Of a stretch of 64,000 bases of DNA, positions 13,950 through 26,640 are shown one piece after another. The notes under the pieces are model-generated. The model saw only the letters and a list, made by a program, of their open reading frames with translations. It searched no databases and had not been told where the DNA came from. Position numbers and translations under genes: made by a program. This DNA is from Epiperipatus broadwayi (taxonomy: Eukaryota > Animalia > Onychophora): the NCBI GenBank assembly GCA_028023455.1, contig JAQFVV010000006.1:9362001-9426000 (forward strand), read 5' to 3'. Within the stretch, counting starts at the first letter, position 1. Each line of letters opens with the position of its first letter.

Positions 13950-14560
13950 AACAAAGTATAAAGGCTAGGCCCTTTCAGGAACATCTATAGTTCCCATATT
14001 CATAGCATATGATTGAAGTACCAGTCAAACATTTATAAACTTACTGTATGTAAATTTATGCAATGTATTTAAATGGCCAATTTTTTAGAAATGGAAAAGC
14101 AGGATCCCTTTTGATTGATGGCATTGGCATTATCTGCTATAAAGCATGCTTCTTTTACCTTACATTTTACATTGTTCCGCTCCATGCAAAGTATTTCTGC
14201 CAATGCGGATTCAAATGCATGGCCTGTAGACCTTTGGTGCTGTAAAAATATAGATTTATATTCAGAATTGATCCACACTCTATTATATAAATAACGATGT
14301 TGCAAAACTCCAGTGGCTAGGGTGGCATGAGTTTTCCCATAATAGACTGCTTTGCATCCATTCTGGAGGCATGGTGATTTTGTAAACTGCCTGGAGGTTC
14401 GGGTGATATCTGATCTTTGGAATTATAAGTCTATTGTTTGCAGGCAGTGTATGAAAACTCTAATTAAACTAAGTAGCAAATGTCTTGCAGAACTTTTTGG
14501 ACAAAGAAGGTATAGAGGGTAGTGGCATCCATGGTTTATCACCTTTAATGCGGTAAGTTC
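13950..14560 (-). mobile_element. PLE family 3: linker plus GIY-YIG endonuclease 3' end and pseudo-LTR remnant
   Basis: With one frameshift the minus strand reads AVYKI..GCKAVYYGKTHATLATGVLQHRYL..SIFLQHQRSTGHAF..ILCMERNNVKCKVKEACFI..AINQKGSCFSISKK, typical of a Penelope-type C-terminal endonuclease. Confidence 0.75.
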
Positions 14561-15104
14561 TTAATCTATTACGAAAATATTTAACTTTTTTTAAGTAAAC
14601 ACACCAAACTTAAATTAACTTAAATTATATAATTACGAATAGAAGTTTTTCAAATGAATTAATCGATATACTCTAAACATGCAGTTGCATACGAAAGCAT
14701 TGAAGGTCAATTGACCGTCAAAAAAAAATCCAGGCAAAATGAAATCTCTCTGGAAATAAAAAAAAAAATTCCATCCCATGTAGCTCTTATCTTTATTGAA
14801 AATAGCAAAGATCGAATGTACGTTTATTGTAAAAAAATAATTAGTAAATTAAACGAATTCATGCTTTCCATTAGTAACTCAAACAAGTGTGTAGTAGTTA
14901 AAGTATTTATTATTATTATTATTTCAATTCAATCAGTGCCATTGATAATCATTCTGCTGCCCCCCCCCCTTTGCCAAACCCTGTATTAAATCATTCACCT
15001 TACATCCATTTATTTTAATAATCTTATTAACACTTACGAAATATTATAATTTAGTTTATGCTAATATTAGATGTTAGTCTATGTAATGATCAATAAATTT
15101 TACT

Positions 15105-15400
15105 AGCATAGTGGCAGATTGTAATTCTATTTAGAAGATAATAAACTCTTCACTAACACCATACATATTATATTAGCAACTTTAAGTGAATGACTTAACA
15201 TATTCATGCTCTCAGTTCAAGATAATTAAGATTGGCCTATATATAAGTGCACTTAGATTTGAAAATAAAGGTATTCTTATTTTCCAGTCTATTTGATGGC
15301 TGGAATGAGAGTATTGTAGCATTTGACATCGCTGATTTAATAGTATACAGTGCTAGTGAGGAGGGTTTATCACCTAAATAGAAACAGATGCATTGATAAA
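15105..15400. mobile_element. PLE fragment with an internal inversion, same family as 13085-13400
   Basis: 15105-15185 is a direct copy of ~13090-13170. The stretch 15190-15400 is the reverse complement of the same element and reads FKSKCTYI on -. Confidence 0.5.
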
Positions 15401-16176
15401 ATGAGTACTGATATTGTGAATGCCAATTTATGAGTGTCCTTTCACTAAAAATAATTGTAGTTTTATTGCTTAGGAGTTCATGGGAAATGATCATAGGGCC
15501 TTAAACTCTGATATCTGATGTTCTACAATCTGAATCTAAGAATTCCACATGTAAAAGATACCAACTTAGACTTCAAAGCAGATTCATATTTCCAGTCTCC
15601 TTTCACATACAAAAATTGCCCTTTTAAAATAAACGTGAAGTTGTGTAGATATAACTTGTCTCTCATTCAGTCTTTTTTTGTAAATTTAATGTACCTCTAT
15701 TTAGACATAAATCAAAACACCTATCTGCAATAATATTAATGCTTCCAATTTAATCATTGCTGATATTCAAAATATTTCTACCAATGAAATGAACAATCTC
15801 TACTACCTTAAATCTACTTTCCAAACATCTCGTTGATTGTAGTGCTCCATATATTACCACTACTAAAAACTGCTAAAATTGACTCCATCACTTCATTCTA
15901 ACATGAGGCTGCACATGTAATTAAGAAAAACCACAATCCATTGCCACAAAACAGAAAAATGGCCAATCACCTAAGAAACTATTAACAGGATCCTATACTA
16001 AGTACAGATAAGATAGAAAACTACTAGAAATAATATTTCATAACAACATCACATTTTAGATTATGATGAACATCATATCTTACAATGAAACAGGAAATAT
16101 TCTTGTTTGAGTGGCACTTATTGATTAGTAGTTAATGAAAGTCACTCCATTACTTACCAAGTAACAACCAAAGTTC

Positions 16177-16735
16177 AGCTAGATGTGATATGTTGGACTA
16201 TTTCTATCATCTATAAGTGAATGTTGAATGTACAGAAAATTTTAAACTTTCCAAATACAGACAACTTGTTAGTAATAAGCACAAAAAGACAACACAGGTT
16301 AGTAATTACACCTTTCGAGTAGTAGTATTCTCCACTCTTCTTCAGGTGTTGCTGGCCTATATGCACAGTGACAATATTCGCTTAGAAGTTGAACTCACAC
16401 TTTTACATTCTTGAATATCGAATTTAAGGCAAACGCTCTATTCTGTCAAAGACAGAATAGCTCGGTTAGAGTGTTTGCCTTAAATTCGATATTTCAAGAA
16501 TCTAAAGGTGCGAATTCAACTTCTAAGTGAATATTGTCACTGTGCATATAGGCCAGCAACACCTGAAGAAGAGTGGAGAATACTACTACTCGAAACATTG
16601 TATAATTACTAACCTGCCTTGTCTATTTGTGTGTTATTACTAACAAGTTGTTTGTATTTGGAAAGTTTAAATAAAGTTGAAAATTTTCTATAATTCACTC
16701 ATAGATGATGGAGATAATCCAACATATCACAGCTA
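16177..16735. repeat. ~560 bp palindrome of two head-to-head PLE family-2 pseudo-LTRs (tRNA-like module plus hammerhead-like motif)
   Basis: The arms are reverse complements around CTATTCTGTC-AAA-GACAGAATAG (centre 16448-16450). Each arm contains GGCCAGCAACACCTGAAGAAGAGTGGAGAATACTAC. Confidence 0.85.
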
Positions 16736-17639
16736 ATAATATATCATCAACACAAATCTTCAAACAAATACTAAGTTCAGCCATTTGCTAATACCTTTAA
16801 TATCACTAATCACATATAAGGTTAGGCTAGAATATAACATAAAAAGTATATCTTTTATAGAGAATAAGATATTTACACTAAGAAAAAATAATTACAATTT
16901 TTTTATAATCCATACCACAAGTATAAATAATAAATATACACTCTCTCATATGGTAAATAATTACTTGATATGTATATGTATTCTTACAATAAAGTTTATA
17001 GAAGATGAAATTATAATTTCTATTTCACCAAAATGTGTGCTTTTTGACTATAAAAGGTATTGCATTTATTAATCATATGTACTGTACCTTTCAAACTTTC
17101 AGATAGGTGACAAAATCCGTTTTACATAAAGATTCAAAGCCCAATATAATTTGATTGGTGACGTTAACGAACTTGGTGCAGATTATGAGGTGTTTCTATA
17201 AAACAGGTTCTATATACTCTGTAATCATTTATAATTCAGAAGTGGCCTCATATGTAAATTGTTTCACATTTTATTTCATATTGAATTAATACAATGTTAC
17301 AACATTCTGCGATATTTGAAAATAATATGGGGGGGAGGGAGACATTTTCAGTAAATATCTATAAATTACTATGATTTTATCTTTCCCTATCATCGAGCTC
17401 ATTCAATATAGATTGTTTTTCTTGAGGCGAGAGCAATTGTAGAAAAAACTATTAAATGATTTAAAAATATGATAGTCATTTTCTTATCATCACAAACTCG
17501 TAGAAACAAAGTTTAGTGTATAAATGTTTTGTAATAGTGTAATTTAGTGTATAGCATTGTTCTATAATAATGTAAATAACTATAATTGTGCTTTATGCAC
17601 ATATAATGAAGTTATGTAGTCTAGTAATTAATAATCTTA

Positions 17640-17990
17640 ATTAAGCATCTGAGTGCTTTCAGGAAGTCTAAGTTCCTATCATCGTAACTCGTTACCAATG
17701 ATAAATGCTTGTAATAAAGCATTATGTAAATTTATGCAAATTGACTATCACGTCCATTTTTTGGAAATGCAGAAGCAAGCTTCTCTTCTGTTTATAGCTG
17801 TGGGGTCGCTTGATATACAGCAGGCTTCTTTGACCTTGCGCTTAGCATCATTTCTTTTGGTGCAGAACATTTGGCCATTGTTGGTTGGAAGGCGTGGCCA
17901 GCAATCCTTTTATGCTCAGCAAATATTGAGCCCCCTTCTGTCTTACTTTTAATTCTGTTAATGCCTATTGCACTAAAATTAAACATGAAT
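17640..17990 (-). mobile_element. Second PLE family-3 endonuclease C-terminal fragment
   Basis: Reads SIFAEHKRIAGHAFQP then, frameshifted, FCTKRNDAKRKVKEACCISSDPTAINRREACFCISKKWT*. Clearly homologous to 14069-14305. Confidence 0.7.
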
Positions 17991-18718
17991 ATTTTAATAA
18001 CTATTTAAAAGCATGCCATCAAATTCATATATATATAAAAAAAAAAAACATTTCTAATCGTTTAAAGACAATTTCTATCCTGTAAAAAATAAACTTAAAA
18101 TTTTCTTCCCAATTGATTAAAAACTAAAATGTTAATTTGATCTTTCTTTTTATCTATTAAAATTACTTTGTAAACTTAGTTTTTATCTTCTCAAGGCATT
18201 TAAATATATTTTTGAAATAATGCACAGAATATTTATAAATAAACAACCAAATCTTTCAGATTTATGACACAGTCCTCCAAGTTCGTAACAAATCTTCAAC
18301 TTTCATTCGGTGTACAAATCTTTCTATGCCAATCAAATCCGGCCGGCTTAAATAAATGTTGAAAAATATAGGTATATTCTGAATATATCAATATGTAGAA
18401 TATTTATAAGTATACTGTTGAATTACTACTATAGTTCCATTAATCTGACAAAATCAGTAATTAGGAAAGGTTAGGGAATTAAGATTGCTGGATTGTACTG
18501 TTTCCATTTATATTGTAACAGAATGGGATTTTACCTGGTATGATAATTGGTTAGTTAAGTTATCACAGTAAATTAGAGAATCTATCTTAGATCCTTGCAT
18601 CTATATATCCACTTACACCACAATTTCATTCCTGGAAGATGAGGGGTTAATAATCACATAAATATCAAACTACTAAACATCACATGATCACTATCTCATA
18701 CTAGCACAATAATTGTTA

Positions 18719-19167
18719 TAAACTATTCAAAATACAGCAAAACTCTCCATATAGTAGTGCCATCTTGTGCTAACAAGAGCAATCAATGGATGCCAGAAGG
18801 CTTGTGCATAAAATCCCTATCTAGTGCCTACTCATCCAATATCCCCAGACTAGTTTCTGGCTTGTGGCCTTCATCAGTGAAAATATTGATAGTGTTTTCA
18901 ATTTCATTCTCATAGTTTTGTAGTTAAATAGAGTTAAAAGGTGGGTGCTGGAGGGTTGCATTAGATCCTAAGATCTAGGTGCAGTGCTCTCAGATCCAAG
19001 GCTCCTCACTGATGAAGGCCACAAGCCAGAAACTAGTCTGGGGATATTGGATGAGTAGGCACTAGATAGGGATTTTATGCACAAGCCTTCTGGCATCCAT
19101 TGATTGCTCTTGTTAGCACAAGATGGCACTACTATATGGAGAGTTTTGCTGTATTTTGAATAGTTTA
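18719..19167. mobile_element. PLE family-1 pseudo-LTR with a perfect 162 bp inverted repeat (18719-18880 / 19006-19167)
   Basis: Base-by-base comparison showed identical arms. The spacer plus right arm matches the right arm of the 49535-50281 palindrome. Confidence 0.9.
18994..19052 (+). ncRNA. Minimal type I hammerhead ribozyme of the PLE class, with an intact core
   Basis: AUCCAA-GG-CUCCUCA CUGAUGA A GGC-CACAA-GCC A GAAAC UA GUC UGGGGA-UA-UUGGAU. It has the CUGAUGA and GAAA cores, a palindromic ACUAGU stem III, a GUC triplet (predicted cut 19038/19039), and stem I pairing CUCCUCA/UGGGGA plus AUCCAA/UUGGAU. Confidence 0.75.
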
Positions 19168-20039
19168 AATATCAAACTATATATCTGCACTCACCTCGTC
19201 TTTACCATTTTTCATTTGCTGTTGTTCCCAGGTTTCAAACTCATGGAGAATCTGCATAATCTTCTAGTTCAGGGTATATTAATATTACTTAAAATGTGGA
19301 TATGCGTGAATGTATGTAGGTATATAAGGATGGGTGTGGATACATGAAAATAGGTGTAAATGTGAGATGACTAATTGAATATAGAAAAATGCAATGAGAG
19401 TTTTTAGTTTAAATATTTAATTTAACGTCTATGGTTACTTTTTGATTGTAATTTATTTCAATTATTACTCCAAACTCTTATCCCGTTCAAAGAATAGCCA
19501 TTTTATGTCCATAACAACAAATGAAATTTATTTTATAAATATGATTGTCTAAATCACTCTTGCTTGCTACATCCTTATATTGGAATTATAATGTTTTATT
19601 TTCATTGACTTGACGGGTTCAATTCACATCAGTCGTATTGATATGGGATCCCCATGTTATATAATATAATTATAATAAAGACAGGAAAGACCATTTGTAA
19701 TAGAAATAATTTGTCAAGCATACTGAAAACATTAAAATATTAGTATGAACAAACAAACAAAAAAAAAAAATATAACGATGTAAATGTATAAATGTTGGGA
19801 ATAAATATGTATTAGGTAAAATCTTACTTTTCTCTCGATGATGATCGGATTCATAAACAAGCAAGTTCTCGTCGTCACCTATATTTTATTTTACTTACAA
19901 TAATGGCAATATTTATCCATTATGTTACATATTAACACTTATTTCCCCCCTTTTGTATCCATATTAAAGGAAAGATATAAACGTAAACACGGATATAAAA
20001 TATATAACTAAATAAAATTCATGATGTCAACCTAAATGT

Positions 20040-20700
20040 AGTTTCAAAGTTCATAAAGAAAAAAGTCATAATGAATCACTTTAATAATCCTCAGCAATCC
20101 ATTTTGGGTATAGATGATAAAATCTGAGTGTTCTAGGATATCCATCAAGTCATTTGTATTTTCCATCCTTGGAACTTCTGCTTTGGAATGCATAGTTGTT
20201 CGATCCATTTATTAATGGTAAACTTGATGTTTTGTAGCACAGATGTTAATTGCTAGGTCAATTTCATCCCAGTTCTGACAATTATAACTTTAGGAGTGAC
20301 AACTTTCTTTCCCCGATGTCACTATTGCAATTAGAAGTGCCTGGGTCTGTATCATTATTTATATTTTATTAGAATCTCTTCAATGAAATAACAGTGATAT
20401 TTTATATTAAATCTCCTTAATCAAAATTAGTTTGATCTATGGTTTAAAAATTATAAACACTTTGGAAATTCGAATTTAATTTTGAAGTTTCACTTTCAAA
20501 TTCCTCAGTTGGCTAGTTTGAACTCTATATGCTTTTTATTACTTTCTTGAATATTCAAATAGTTGTTAACATTTCATCTCAATGGCAGATGGTATTTCTA
20601 TTTGAATTGCCAATTCGAATTCTTTGCTTAATGTCAGCCGATGAGAAAATTGTATCTCAATTCAGCGAAGCTCATTGATTTTTTTATATTTTCCTATTAT
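20040..20700 (-). mobile_element. Highly decayed PLE reverse-transcriptase thumb / N-terminal relic
   Basis: Fragments EIDLAINICATK and DGYP resemble the PLE motifs DRA..IC and NGYP. Many stops are present. Confidence 0.35.
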
Positions 20701-21499
20701 TAACACAAGAATGTTCTAATAAAAGTAATTTTAGATGACTTTGAATATTAAGTTTGTGATTTTGATTTAGGTCAATTGTTTACATCATTACTAGTGATTA
20801 TTATATATAGACAATATGTTAATAACAATAAAATTTTTATTTGTTGTTTCTTTCCTTTAAAATAATTTCATTTCTTGCTTGCATTTACTCTATCAAATCA
20901 TATTTCTTTTGTATTGTTGTAGTATATTGGATTTACACCACAATTAATGAAATAACTTTAATAAAAGTTGTCGTGTATGCGTTTTATATTTTAATTCAAA
21001 TATCTGTTTATCATATGATTAAACTGGGGTTTAAATTTATATACCAACTAATGGTTTCTCAATTATTGTGTTTCATTTTTATTAATGGAGTGTTTAGTAG
21101 ATAATATTATATGAGGCCTTGGATTTGAATTAGGCCAAAAAGGAAGTGTAAATGATACTGGAAGAACATAACGGCCACAACTTTAAGATGAAAATATTAA
21201 TTATAAGATGAGAATAAAAACTTTTTTGGGTTGCACCATGTACAGGTACCAGGTTTCTGTGGAAATGATTTTTTCCAGCATACAGAGAATCCTGTTTAAA
21301 ATTTCTAAATTCTTCAAAACAGTCATCTACCGAAACAGAAAATTCCTTTGCTGAATTAGGTTGCCAATATTTCAACAAAATCACTTTTAACATATTGTAA
21401 AACAAAACAAAGTACAATATTTTTTGTTAATCTACTTCCAATTTTGATTGAACAACCATTAAATATACATATTGTACCATTCATAGTTTATTTTAATGT

Positions 21500-21900
21500 T
21501 CTCGGCTTAATTTAGGCCTTCTTTTACACACTAGAAAGCGCAAGTTAATCAAGCTATGAAAAATAAAATATATCCAATCATGTGTGAGTCTGGGTATCTC
21601 AAGAACATAGCTATATTTCCTGATTAACTGGCCTACTATTTATTATGATGTATACTGCCAGCGGAATCAATTTTTTATTTATTTAGAACAGGGTACCAGA
21701 ATTCTACAAAAGAATTTACTGATCCATCGCATTGCATCATCATTTACAAAGCAAATTATTGTCATAGTGATATTAGTGATTAAGCCAATGCACTTTAAAG
21801 ATAAATTATAAATTAATACTCTCACTTTTTCCAGACACAAGATATAGTCTTTCTGAAAGGATGGAATGAATCCACCCATCCTTTTGACCCAAACAAATTA
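21500..21900 (-). mobile_element. Mariner transposase relic
   Basis: Fragments HSILSERL and GSIHHNKIVGQLIRKYSYVLEI resemble the mariner segments H.IL.E.L and GIVH.EF...GQTVN..Y..VL. Confidence 0.4.
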
Positions 21901-22049
21901 TTAAAAAATCTGGAATTATGTTTCTTGTCATTTTAAAGCTTTTATATGAATTTTTTCTTAGGGCTTAACTTTTAAACAAGCATATTGGCAAAGATAACTT
22001 ATTCATTTCTCATGCAATTAATTAAAAATAATGTTTTCCCGAAGGTTTG

Positions 22050-22335
22050 TAATGATGATGGCCTTTGGAAGGATGGCTTAGTTGGTTAGAACGCTATCTT
22101 AAAATTCAATACTCAAGAATCTAAGAGTCCAGGTTCAAAACCCATGCTAGTACTGACACTGGTCAGGCCAGCAACACTTGAAGAAGAGGGGAGAATACCT
22201 CTCAATATGTTCCTATACTAACCTGTTTGATGTGCTATTACTAATAGTTGAATGTATTTGGAATATTTAAATAAAAGTTAAATTTTTCTAAAAACATTCA
22301 ATACTCATATTAGATGATGGAAATAATAAGCTAGA
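22050..22335 (+). repeat. Solo PLE family-2 pseudo-LTR (SINE-like): tRNA-like head plus hammerhead-like motif
   Basis: TGGCTTAGTTGGTTAGAAC (A box), GGTTCAAAACCC (B box), then GGTCAGGCCAGCAACACTTGAAGAAGAGGGGAGAATACCTCTC, and a tail with AATAAA and TAGATGATGGAAAT. Confidence 0.8.
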
Positions 22336-22339
22336 AAGA

Positions 22340-22830
22340 ATGTCTGCATGCTAATCCAAATAATATTAATCAAATAATTAGAGTTGTTATCTTCTAGAAG
22401 ATTTATTGAATAATAAAACAGTGAATGTCTATATCGATATTTGAAGCTTCTTGTTAGTTTTAACGTTAAATTTAGTTTGCAAACAGTAGACCCAATCAGG
22501 GTATGAATAAGAATGTTGTGGCTTACTGATAAATTTTGTAGTGCATTTATTTCCTGGTTATAAGAGCTCATGGCCTTTGGTTTTAAACTGTTCTTGGTCT
22601 GTCCTAAGGCTAGTCATGAAAGCTTTTTGGGTTGATGTCGGCAAATGCTTCGGACCACTCCTGCATGATAAATTATTTCAGCATAGTGGTCCTGGATCCT
22701 TTGTGATCCAAGATCAGCCAAAAGAAAAAGACAAGACCTAGTTTGAAGTTTTTCTGTCCCTTTTATAGATTTGGGTGTTTTTAGACTTCTGCACGTTGTC
22801 TTTGTTTTTTTTTTATCAGAATACATTATT
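22340..22830 (-). mobile_element. LINE (CR1/L2/Jockey-like) 3' end relic
   Basis: PKSIKGTEKLQTRSCLFLLAD and TRSFKYRYRHSLFYYSINL resemble LINE ORF2 C-terminal segments. Confidence 0.4.
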
Positions 22831-24719
22831 AACTACAAAGCCTCTTTTTACAAAATATTTCCGCCATCTTTAATTAGCGATAAAAAATGTTTCTCTAATT
22901 GTAATCCTTTGCGTTTGAAATTTCCTTTTATCTGGATAAATAATCTGCAAGTACTTTTATTCATTTCAATTTTAACTTTTATTTTTAATTAAACGATAAT
23001 ATTAAACACAAAAATAACTTTCATTGCATTTTATCTAAAAATAAGTCATACTAACTAAAAAGGAAAATTAAATTGTGTTTTTTAAACGATCTTTAAATTT
23101 TACTTTTTTAAAAGCATTTTAAATATTACCAAATGCCAATATATTTGAACCATATGTATGTAAAAAGGTTCGATATGAATGAATGGACTTTAATTCACAT
23201 GTAATCTCATTATTACTTGAGGCACAATAGTTCTCCATTATTATCTTAAGTCTTGACAAAGATGAATCCGATTTTGCCGAAATGTTGACAATCTAATTCA
23301 GCAAAGTAATTTTCTGTTTCAATAGATGACATTTTTGAAGAACTTAGAAACTTTCTTGATCTGCAGAATGGAATAATTTCTCTACACAGAAAACTAATGC
23401 TTGGTACGATAGTTTTTATTTTCATATTGTAGCAGTCGATCTTAGCGCAAGATTGAGCATCACTGCTCTACCACTTAACCCACGTTTATTTCCGAGAAGC
23501 ATCTATAAAAATTTATAAATATAAATCTCAAATAAAAATGTTCTTTAATTTTAAATATTAACTTTTATGGATGCGACTCAGATATATACATATATTAACG
23601 GACTTTTATATATATAAAAGCACAAACAAATCTTGTAAATAAATTTTGTATTTTTTTTCTTAACTATATGTTATTTATTTTATAGATATTTTTCTTCATA
23701 TAATTACACAAATATTCAAGATGGAAGATGCAGTCATTAACTGTCCAAGAGTAATTAAAGGGGTGGGATACATGATTTTAAAAGGAATTTTTTAATTAAA
23801 ATTACTGAAAAAAATTTAAAACAAAGCTAATTGATTTTAGTTAGCTGTTAACATTTTTATCAAATCTATTTCCAATCAGGAAATCGATTTGAATTTATTT
23901 TTGGATAGTTATCTAACAATTGCATCTCCACTAACAAACAATAGAGAAAATATTTTTGTAAATTAAGGATTAATTAGAGTTAAGAAGTTTAATTGAAAAC
24001 ATTCTTTGAATGCCTCAAAGTTTGTATAAATAGGGCCAAAAATCTATTGTCAGAGTTGGGTCAATAGTCACTAGTCAACTCCATGTGTCTAATTTTTGAA
24101 AGCCACAGAAGGTTTGTCAGTATTTCATAGAATCCGGAGGTAACCAGCCCAAAGACATTATAATCGTATTACCTAAACTCTAACTTGTACATCTTTAAAA
24201 TTAATGTTTTCTGTATATTTTGAATCTCTTTTAACTCGCTAATCGGTATGTTAAATTAAGTTATTTTCTTTATATCGATTCTCTTCTATCAAATTAATAC
24301 TACTATGAAATATTTCATCCAACTCACACTTCTTACTTTTCTTAAAATTTAGTGCGGTTATAATTTATTTTTAATGATATTTTTATATTTCCACTAAACT
24401 TTTATTTGTGAAGTTTATTTGTAAATGCCAATCAAACCCAGTCTTATGAAATTAGGAGGGGGGAATTAATTATTTCATGTCTTTGTTTCTAAATAGCTCG
24501 TAAGATTGAGTTTGTGTTTTAAAATGCATATATGCTTTAAAAAAATATTTTATCGTAAAATTATACAAAATGTATAAATACTTTGCAATCTGGAGTGGGT
24601 ATTAGCGTCCGTTAATTTCTTTATTAATCATCATCGCCAAAAGGTTGCCAACTTAAATCTATTTTGTTATTCGCACTTTTAGTGCGCGAATTTTAGTTTT
24701 TTTTTAATCTGTTAAACAA

Positions 24720-25220
24720 AATAGTGATTCAGGGGAGCAATGCACACTTCATTAATTATAGCGTTAACTTTTGATAAATGACTTTATCTCACATGGGTCA
24801 TTATTTTAACATATCATTATGTATTTGTTAAACCATTTAAGGCTTTATGTTAATATTTAAACTGAATGATTTCATATTCTTATAAAAGCATTGTTAGCAT
24901 AGGCCACTCTTCATATTATTAAGTTTTATCTAGAGACGTGCGTCAGAATGCCTGAGTCGTCTCATCTTCGTTTCAGGTCGTAAACAGGGTGATGAATGTC
25001 CCTGGACCATATCTAAATATATACTCACATAACGAGAGCAATGCATGGGATAATTCCGGCTAAGTTCGGACCATTGCATCTCCATCTGAGGACCTTTTGT
25101 CAACCGATTCCACAAAATGTGGGGTGGCAAGTCGGCTACTGTTTTCTTCTGTAATATGATAAAGCACCTAAAAAAAAATATTGGATCCACAAATATTCGG
25201 CTATTGTCTAGCACCGCAAT
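24720..25220 (-). mobile_element. IS630-Tc1-mariner family transposase relic
   Basis: Frameshifted WS.T.PELS..YI.DMV resembles WPPRSPDL.P.DF.LWGY.KD.VY. A TIR-like AGTGATTCAGGGG lies at ~24722. Confidence 0.35.
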
Positions 25221-25929
25221 TTCTTATAGTTCGTTTTTTTTTTAGCCTGTTTAACAAAATAAACCGTAATGATGTGTAATAATGAAACATTTTTCTCTTT
25301 AAATATTTTTCGTTGGAATTTTAGATCCAACTTGTCATGAAGCTGCCCTTCCCATTCCCCGTATTGATAGAGTTTCGCAATATCTGAGTTTAAATATCGA
25401 AAATGTTTAATAAATAAATGTTTTTAAGTATATTTTGATCACCGTAAATCATCATCTTAGTGTTGTAAATAAATTCTATAAATGAAAATAAAGTTATGTA
25501 TCCAATGCCAAGGGCATCCCATTAAAGTCATCCAAACAGCGAAACTCTATTATTGTCATATCTTTATATGTGTTTTAATGTATAAACGTCTACCAATCAC
25601 CCAGATAAATTTGTTTTTGTAACATTGAATAAAAACCTATTTTAAATATACGTTCAGTATTGTAACCGCCACACTAAATTGATATTTATTAAAATAATTG
25701 TATAAAGATTGTCAAATATTTGTAACCAAAATAATAGTTTAAACTGCATGAAGTTGATTACATATATAAAATCTTGAATTTTTGTCAAAATAAATATTTA
25801 TATTTTTAAACTTTAATCCAGTTGTTCGAATCTCCTTAATAATACTTATATTTCTGTATGTTTTTAACTTATATCTTGGGTTCACTCAATCTCTCATCAT
25901 CATTATCAGCTGAGTTCTCATGTAAAACG

Positions 25930-26640
25930 ATGTAGCACCGGGCCCGGAAATAATTAATTTATGTAGTATTGCCATAGGTGTTGTCCGTAGTGTTATAGAT
26001 TTGGGGAATGGGCAAATAGGTTAGAATTCATGATTGCTCCTGACCTGTGTATCTCGTGCATGATTGGATTCAGGGTACTTTTGCTTAGATTCTAAATCTT
26101 GTTGAATGGACATACATTTTCAACTGGTACAATATATATAATATAAACGGAATGAGAATCTGTACCTCCTTTCAAATCATTTATTAAATCATCAAACAGT
26201 TTATTGATCAAGAGTTCGTAAGAAGTTTAAACACTAGAAGAGAAAGGGCCGAGCCACAATCCATGGATCTTGAGATAGAGTCTTCTACTTTACCAAATCA
26301 TGCATTATAAAATGATGTCTTCAATTTATTCCGGTAATCCTAACAAATCTCATATATCATTTTAGATTTTAAAAGTAAATATATAGAAGTAATAATCTCA
26401 TAGTGTTGTAATCATATATCTTCCTCCATCATCATGAACTAGGGGTTCAAATTGGGCTGGGAAAATTTTCAACTAGATGAGGATTTTTCTTTCAGGACAT
26501 CTGACATAGCCAATTCAGCTATTCATCTGATTATTGGTAGGAAAATGGGTATCTAGTTAATTTAATAAGGCTAGAAACCCCTCACTATCTGACAATGGTA
26601 TACTCGGTGATTAATGCCTTCTTTATTGTTTCTCTAACCA
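25930..26640 (-). mobile_element. Decayed LINE RT relic
   Basis: Fragments WLGPFSSSV (cf. VLGPLLF) and SIQQDLES (cf. LQ.DLD). Many stops are present. Confidence 0.3.
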
